NCBI RefSeq assembly: GCF_051201565.1
Contig: NZ_CP179200.1
Coordinates: 30,001 to 62,000, forward strand
Direction: 5' to 3'
Source: Pseudothioglobus sp. nBUS_23
GTDB taxonomy: Bacteria; Pseudomonadota; Gammaproteobacteria; PS1; Pseudothioglobaceae
DNA: 32,000 bases
Shown: piece by piece, positions 26,461-32,000 of the stretch
Numbering within the stretch: the first letter of the stretch is position 1
Layout: every line of letters begins with the position of its first letter
Translations under genes and position numbers: made by a program
The notes under the pieces: model-generated
What the model was told of the DNA's origin: nothing
Database searches by the model: none
The model's input: the letters and a program-made list of their open reading frames with translations, nothing else

Positions 26461-28899
26461 ATGGCACATACAGTTGAAACTTTATCAAAATTACTTAGAA
26501 AGTCGCCTGATCAGGTTATTACTATCTTGTCAGCAGCAGGAATTGATGGAAAGACTGCAGATTCAAGTATTTCTGCTGAGGAAAGACAGGTTTTAATGTC
26601 GAGTTTGAGCAAACGATCTGCAACAAAGTCTAGTATCTCTGTTTCCAGAAAAACTACAAAGCCTTCCTCAAGCGCCTCCACTGGAGGAGTAAAAATCCAA
26701 GTTAAAAAGAAGCGCGAAGTTCCTCAAACTAACCAGTCGATAGAGGTTGATGATGCAGCTGTTTTGAAAGCCAAAGAGGCTCTAGAAGCAGGCAGAATTG
26801 CTGAGCAAAAAGATGAAGAGCATGACGCAAAGCGAAACGATATGGTTCGCCAACAAAAAATTAAAAATGAAGAATTGCAAGCTCAGAAAACTTTAAAAGA
26901 GCAAGCTGAGAAAGAAGAGAAGGAAAAAAGAGAAAAAGAAAAGATTGAGGCTGATAAGGAAAAAGACAAGAAGAAGGGGCCAAAGAGACTAAGATCTGCT
27001 CCAGAGACTGCGCCGAAAAGAAAAGAGCTTCATGTTGCAAAGCACAACCCGAATAGAAAGCTTAAGAAGAAAGAGAGAACTCAAATATCTCAAAAAGTTC
27101 AAGATGAGCAAGCACAACACGGCTTCCATATGCCAGTTGAGCCAATCAAGCATGAGATACTGATACCGGAACAAATTAAGATCTCTGAACTTGCCCTCAA
27201 GATGACTACCAAAGCTGGAGAGGTTTTAAAAGTTATGATGGGTATGGGTGTCATGGCAACTCTGAATGATGTTATAGATCAAGATACAGCAATCTTAGTG
27301 GTAGAAGAGATGGGCCATACTCCTATCGCTAGTAATGAGGAAACTGTTGAAGATACCTTAATCCAGGATGATATTGATGATGCAAAGTCAGTTCCAAGAC
27401 CTCCGGTTGTGACCATTATGGGTCATGTTGACCACGGAAAAACCTCACTCCTTGACTATATTCGAAAGTCTAAAGTAGCCTCTGCTGAAGCAGGTGGCAT
27501 TACTCAGCATATTGGTGCTTATCAGGTTGAACAAAAAGGAAGTTTAATAACGTTTATCGATACTCCAGGCCATGCTGCATTCTCTAAGATGCGCCTAAGA
27601 GGAGCTTCAGCAACTGACATTGTGATTTTAGTTGTTGCGGCTGATGACGGCGTAATGCCGCAAACTATTGAATCTATTAAACATGCAAAAGACTCTAATG
27701 TGCCTATTATTGTGGCCATTAATAAAATTGATAAAGAGGGAGCTGAAATCGATAAGGTTAAACAAGTTCTTTCAACACACGATGTGATTGCCGATGAATG
27801 GGGCGGTGATGTCTTAATGGTTGGCGTTTCAGCGCATACGGGAGAGGGCATTGATGAGCTTTTGGAAAGTATCACATTGACAGCTGAGATGGCTGAGATT
27901 AGCGCAGTTTCAGATAAGCCTGCAAGCGGCGTTGTCCTTGAAGCCAGGCTAGATAAAGGGCGAGGAAAAGTGACAACAGTGCTCGTTCAGTCTGGAACAC
28001 TTAACAAAGGTGATATTGTTATTGCAGGGCTGGAGTTTGGCAAGGTCAAGCAAATTATTGATGATCAGGGTAAGCCAATTAATAAGGCTGGACCTTCAAC
28101 TCCGGTTGAGATCTTGGGTCTCTCAGGTGTTCCTGATTCAGGCGCAGAGGTTCTGGCTGTAGAAAGCGAAAGAAAAGCGAAAGAAGTTGCTGAGTTCAGG
28201 AAAACAAAAGATCGTGAAACGAAACTTCAAAAACAACAAGCAGAGAAGATGGATAACTTCTTTTCAAAAATGGAAGATGGTGAAATTTCAACAGTTAATG
28301 TTCTCATTAAGTCTGATGTGAAAGGCTCAGCACAGGCACTAGTTGAGGCGCTAGAGGAGCTTTCAACTGACGAGGTAAAAGTAAAGGTGGTTTCTTCAGG
28401 CGTTGGAGCCATAAACAATACCGATATTTCTTTGGCCAGCGCGTCTGAGGCAATCGTTCTTGGATTTAACGTTAGAGCAGATGCAGTTGCTAGAAAAACT
28501 GCCGATACTGAAGGCGTTAAGATTGAGTATTACAGCATTATTTATAACCTGATTGATGATGTCAAGGCCATTATGGGTGGAATGCTTAGCCCAGAGCTAA
28601 GCGAAAACATTATTGGAATTGCAGGCGTTAAGGATGTGTTTAGGTCTCCTAAATTTGGTGATATTGCTGGTTGTATGGTTGAAGAGGGTGTGGTTAGGAA
28701 AGACAGTCCAATTCGTGTTTTGAGAGATAGCGTTGTTATTTACGAAGGTGAATTAGAGTCTCTGAGACGCTTCAAAGACGATGTTAAAGAGGTTAAATCT
28801 GGAACTGAATGCGGAATTGGCGTTCTCAACTATACTGATGTTCAGCCAGGAGACCAGATTGAGGTTTTTGAAAGAATTGAGAGAGCTCGCTCACTGTAG
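26461..28899 (+). CDS. infB: Translation initiation factor IF-2
   Basis: 812 aa with a Lys/Glu-rich N-terminal region and a G-domain ([21 protein letters not shown]). Confidence 0.98.
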   Translation: MAHTVETLSKLLRKSPDQVITILSAAGIDGKTADSSISAEERQVLMSSLSKRSATKSSISVSRKTTKPSSSASTGGVKIQVKKKREVPQTNQSIEVDDAAVLKAKEALEAGRIAEQKDEEHDAKRNDMVRQQKIKNEELQAQKTLKEQAEKEEKEKREKEKIEADKEKDKKKGPKRLRSAPETAPKRKELHVAKHNPNRKLKKKERTQISQKVQDEQAQHGFHMPVEPIKHEILIPEQIKISELALKMTTKAGEVLKVMMGMGVMATLNDVIDQDTAILVVEEMGHTPIASNEETVEDTLIQDDIDDAKSVPRPPVVTIMGHVDHGKTSLLDYIRKSKVASAEAGGITQHIGAYQVEQKGSLITFIDTPGHAAFSKMRLRGASATDIVILVVAADDGVMPQTIESIKHAKDSNVPIIVAINKIDKEGAEIDKVKQVLSTHDVIADEWGGDVLMVGVSAHTGEGIDELLESITLTAEMAEISAVSDKPASGVVLEARLDKGRGKVTTVLVQSGTLNKGDIVIAGLEFGKVKQIIDDQGKPINKAGPSTPVEILGLSGVPDSGAEVLAVESERKAKEVAEFRKTKDRETKLQKQQAEKMDNFFSKMEDGEISTVNVLIKSDVKGSAQALVEALEELSTDEVKVKVVSSGVGAINNTDISLASASEAIVLGFNVRADAVARKTADTEGVKIEYYSIIYNLIDDVKAIMGGMLSPELSENIIGIAGVKDVFRSPKFGDIAGCMVEEGVVRKDSPIRVLRDSVVIYEGELESLRRFKDDVKEVKSGTECGIGVLNYTDVQPGDQIEVFERIERARSL

Positions 28900-28912
28900 G
28901 GGTAAAAACTAG

Positions 28913-29251
28913 GTGCCAAAACAGCCAAGCTTTAGAGCAGACAGAGTGAATGAGCTGATCAAGCGTGAGCTCATAATGCTTCTTGCAACAGGCACGAAAG
29001 ACCCTAGATTGCAAGACGTTATCATTACAGATGTTGATGTTAGTAGAGACCTAACCAGTGCCAAAGTCTTTTTCTCTGTTGATGACAACATGCACAAGAG
29101 TGTCGCTCAATTGCTCAATAAAGCGGGCGGTTTTTTTAGATCATCTCTGTCTAAATCTTTAGACTTGAGACACACTCCCTCACTAAGCTTTATTTATGAT
29201 ACAGCCCCAAATACTGGAGCTAGAATGGATGACCTATTAAGAAAATTGTGA
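28913..29251 (+). CDS. rbfA: Ribosome-binding factor A
   Basis: 112 aa with a GTG start. Motifs are RADRVNELIKREL, DPRL, ITDVDVSRDL..AKVF and R..P.L.F.YD. Confidence 0.93.
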   Translation: MPKQPSFRADRVNELIKRELIMLLATGTKDPRLQDVIITDVDVSRDLTSAKVFFSVDDNMHKSVAQLLNKAGGFFRSSLSKSLDLRHTPSLSFIYDTAPNTGARMDDLLRKL

Positions 29252-29263
29252 ATTCATAGCCTT

Positions 29264-30166
29264 ATGTCAAAACGAAATAAGAAAGGTAGAGATATTGATG
29301 GAGTTTTGATTTTAGACAAAGCATCTGGACAGAGTTCAAACAATGCATTGCAAGAAATAAAGCGCTTATTTGGAGCAAATAAAGCAGGACACACTGGAAG
29401 CCTTGACCCGTTAGCAAGTGGCCTTCTTCCAATCTGCTTGGGCCAGTCAACTAAAGTAGCCCAATTCCTACTTAATGACGATAAGCGATACTTTGTAAGA
29501 GGCAAGCTTGGTGAAATAAGTGATACTGGCGATTCAGAGGGCCAGATAAGCCAATTTGGCTCCACACAGGCGATAGATGAGGCTGTTATTAAGGATAGTC
29601 TAAAGAACTTTACAGGTGTAATTAGTCAAATACCACCGATGTTCTCTGCCCTTAAAAAAAATGGCACGCCATTGTATAAACTTGCAAGAAAAGGCATAGA
29701 GGTTGAAAGAAAGCCAAGAGAAGTAAGCATCTATGAAATAGAGTTCATTAGCATAGAAAACGATATCTTAACCCTAGAAGTGTCTTGCTCAAAAGGTACC
29801 TATATTCGAACTTTAATAGAGGACATTGGAAAACATCTTTATTGCGGCGGCCATGTAATCGAGTTAAGAAGGATAGGTTTTGCGCACTTAAATATTGGCC
29901 AAAGCAAAACCTTTGAGGAGATAAAAGAATTGAGCTTGGATGAGTTAGATAGTCTTCTAATTGGGTCGGACGAGATGATTCCAAATTTGCAGTCGATACA
30001 TTTAGACAATACTCAGACAGCAGACATCAAGTGTGGCAGAAAAATACAATGCAGTGAGCTAAGTACCCCTCAAAAAGTTAAACTTTATGATGTACATAAA
30101 AGATTTGTTGGTATCGGAGAGAGCAACACCTCCTCTGAGGTTTTGCCAAAGAGACTGTTTGTTTAA
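29264..30166 (+). CDS. truB: tRNA pseudouridine(55) synthase
   Basis: 300 aa with motifs GVLILDKASGQSS, KAGHTGSLDPLASGLLPICLG (catalytic Asp) and QIPPMFSALK. Confidence 0.96.
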   Translation: MSKRNKKGRDIDGVLILDKASGQSSNNALQEIKRLFGANKAGHTGSLDPLASGLLPICLGQSTKVAQFLLNDDKRYFVRGKLGEISDTGDSEGQISQFGSTQAIDEAVIKDSLKNFTGVISQIPPMFSALKKNGTPLYKLARKGIEVERKPREVSIYEIEFISIENDILTLEVSCSKGTYIRTLIEDIGKHLYCGGHVIELRRIGFAHLNIGQSKTFEEIKELSLDELDSLLIGSDEMIPNLQSIHLDNTQTADIKCGRKIQCSELSTPQKVKLYDVHKRFVGIGESNTSSEVLPKRLFV

Positions 30167-30196
30167 CGTTTTTATTTTATTTTATTTAGGAAGATA

Positions 30197-31462
30197 ATGA
30201 AAGTTTTAGTTATTGGTTCAGGCGGAAGAGAGCATGCGATTGCTTGGCAATGTGCTCAATTTGATGAGGTAGAGCATGTTTTTGTAGCTCCTGGTAATGC
30301 AGGAACTGCTCTTGAAAGCAAAATATCTAATATTGGTGTTGAATCTGAAAATATTTCTGGGCTTATTTCTTTTGCTAAAGAAGAGATGATAGATATTACT
30401 ATAGTGGGACCAGAGGCTCCACTAGTCCTTGGAATTGTTGACCAGTTTAAAGATGAAGGGCTTGCTATTTTTGGGCCTTCGAAGCTGGCTGCTCAACTTG
30501 AGGGATCAAAAGCGTTCTGTAAAGATTTTTTAGAGAGAAACAATATACCTACTGCATTCTATAAGGTCTTTACTGAAACCAAGTCAGCGATAGAGTATGT
30601 CAAAGAGAAAGGGACGCCTATTGTGATTAAAGCGGATGGCCTTGCCGCTGGAAAAGGCGTGATAATAGCCACTTCACTCGAAGTAGCAATAAATGCAATC
30701 AATGATATGCTTGAGGGCAACAGGTTTGGCGAGGCGGGCTCAAGAGTTGTCATTGAAGAGTTTTTAGTGGGGGAAGAAGCAAGCTTTATAGTGATGGTTG
30801 ATGGAAAAAACATACTGCCTATGGCAACATCACAGGATCATAAGGCTAGAGATAATGGAGATATGGGTCCAAATACAGGCGGCATGGGGGCTTATTCTCC
30901 AGCTCCAGTCGTCAGCGATTTAGTTTATGAAAATGCCATGGAGAAGGTTATAAGGCCAACTGTTGACGCTATGAAAAATGAAGGGATGCCGTATACTGGG
31001 TTTTTGTATGCGGGCCTTATGATTGATCAGGATGAAGGCGTTAAGGTTCTTGAGTATAACTGCAGGTTCGGAGATCCAGAAACTCAACCTATTATGATGA
31101 GGCTTCAATCCAATTTAGCAAACTTATGTCTTCTAGGGGCTAGGGGATTTTTGGCTAATGTAACAGCTGAATGGGATAGTCGATCATCTTTAGGAGTGGT
31201 TATGTCAGCAAAGGGGTATCCAAATTCATATCAAAAGGGAGATTTAATTTCTTTGCCCGGATTATCATCGAACGCAAAAGTTTTTCATGCGGGCACAAAA
31301 CTTGATAACGAGAAAATACTCAGTAATGGGGGCAGGGTATTGTGCGCAACATCTCTTGGTAAAGATTTGAAAGATGCCCAAAACAGAGCGTATTCTCTTG
31401 TCAATGAGATCGATTGGGATGGAAGTTATTTTAGAACCGATATTGGCTTTAAGGGCCTCTAG
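30197..31462 (+). CDS. purD: Phosphoribosylamine-glycine ligase
   Basis: 421 aa with motifs MKVLVIGSGGREHA, KADGLAAGKGV, FLYAGLM, LEYNCRFGDPE and SNGGRVL. Confidence 0.97.
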   Translation: MKVLVIGSGGREHAIAWQCAQFDEVEHVFVAPGNAGTALESKISNIGVESENISGLISFAKEEMIDITIVGPEAPLVLGIVDQFKDEGLAIFGPSKLAAQLEGSKAFCKDFLERNNIPTAFYKVFTETKSAIEYVKEKGTPIVIKADGLAAGKGVIIATSLEVAINAINDMLEGNRFGEAGSRVVIEEFLVGEEASFIVMVDGKNILPMATSQDHKARDNGDMGPNTGGMGAYSPAPVVSDLVYENAMEKVIRPTVDAMKNEGMPYTGFLYAGLMIDQDEGVKVLEYNCRFGDPETQPIMMRLQSNLANLCLLGARGFLANVTAEWDSRSSLGVVMSAKGYPNSYQKGDLISLPGLSSNAKVFHAGTKLDNEKILSNGGRVLCATSLGKDLKDAQNRAYSLVNEIDWDGSYFRTDIGFKGL

Positions 31463-31474
31463 AGTGATTAAAGG

Positions 31475-32000
31475 ATGCTAGTTATTGGAGTAGATGAGGC
31501 AGGTAGAGGGTCTTTAGTTGGCAGTGTGGTGGCAGCTGCGGTTGCTTTTCCATCGGGGCTATTGATTGATGGACTGACCGACTCCAAAAAGCTATCTGAA
31601 AAAAAAAGGGAGGCGCTCTATGAGCAAATTACTAGTGAGTGCCTCTGGTCCATTGGTCAATCGAGTAGCTATGAAATTGACCAAATTAATATTTTAGAGG
31701 CCACAATGCTGGCCATGAAAAGAGCGGTAGATAAATTAAAGACAGAGCTAGCAAATAATAGTCAAATTACTAGTGTTCTTGTTGATGGGAACAGGTGCCC
31801 TGATATAGAAAACTGTAGGGCCATTGTGAAGGGCGACTTAACTGTGCCAGCCATTTCAGCTGCATCAGTCATTGCCAAGGTAACTAGAGATAGGCAGATG
31901 GTGAATCTCGATCAGGATTATCCAGGATATGGTTTTGCAAGGCATAAGGGCTATGGAACCAAGGCCCATCTTGAAGCACTTAAAAATTTGGGCCCAATTG
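31475..32000 (+). CDS. rnhB: Ribonuclease HII (3' end truncated by the window edge; not in the ORF track)
   Basis: Hand-translated as [23 protein letters not shown]...[14 protein letters not shown]...VDGNRCP...[11 protein letters not shown]...[10 protein letters not shown]. The frame stays open to base 32000. Confidence 0.93.
   Translation, partial: MLVIGVDEAGRGSLVGSVVAAAVAFPSGLLIDGLTDSKKLSEKKREALYEQITSECLWSIGQSSSYEIDQINILEATMLAMKRAVDKLKTELANNSQITSVLVDGNRCPDIENCRAIVKGDLTVPAISAASVIAKVTRDRQMVNLDQDYPGYGFARHKGYGTKAHLEALKNLGPI

Noticed and set aside
30167-30196. (TTTTA)3-like repeat between truB and purD
   Set aside because: It is a short AT-rich simple sequence in a 30-nt spacer, consistent with base composition. 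No hairpin or other structure is visible.

Overview
This window looks like AT-rich core chromosome of a gammaproteobacterium. The evidence is E. coli-like synteny (metY-rimP-nusA-infB-rbfA-truB, trxB next to ftsK, a YgfB homolog). Nearly every ORF over 100 aa that is not an antisense shadow can be named. I found no IS or transposase, integrase, phage, CRISPR, toxin-antitoxin or recognisable defence genes, and no convincing wholly novel multi-gene system. The window is mostly housekeeping. Content from left to right: (1) hisF 3' part. (2) A complete aa3-type cytochrome c oxidase locus in three transcription units. These are [CxxxC thioredoxin-like protein, ctaB, DUF2970] on +, [COX15/ctaA, SCO1] on -, and [coxB, coxA, an untracked 32-aa ORF, ctaG, coxC, DUF2909, SURF1] on +. 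(3) tRNA-Thr(UGU). (4) A 4-gene minus-strand operon: DmdA-like GcvT-family protein, OsmC-like protein, ECHDC3-like enoyl-CoA hydratase, and short/medium-chain acyl-CoA synthetase. This is a candidate DMSP demethylation module and the only clearly accessory block. (5) ftsK, trxB, tRNA-Phe, an orphan 4-TM protein, and ygfB-pyrB-ruvX-mltB-like on the minus strand. (6) rarA-crcB, gshB, tRNA-fMet, rimP-nusA-infB-rbfA-truB, purD, and rnhB 5' part. The most unusual items are listed next. The SCO1 copper chaperone carries a roughly 100-aa histidine-rich insertion that includes a perfect 12 x 9-bp tandem repeat encoding (His-Asp-Ser)12. A tightly coupled 32-aa membrane ORF sits between coxA and ctaG. 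A perfect 12-bp inverted repeat overlaps a candidate -10 element upstream of coxB. The three stand-alone tRNA genes share a near-identical -10/discriminator block. All functional calls rest on my recognition of motifs in the translations; no database search was run.
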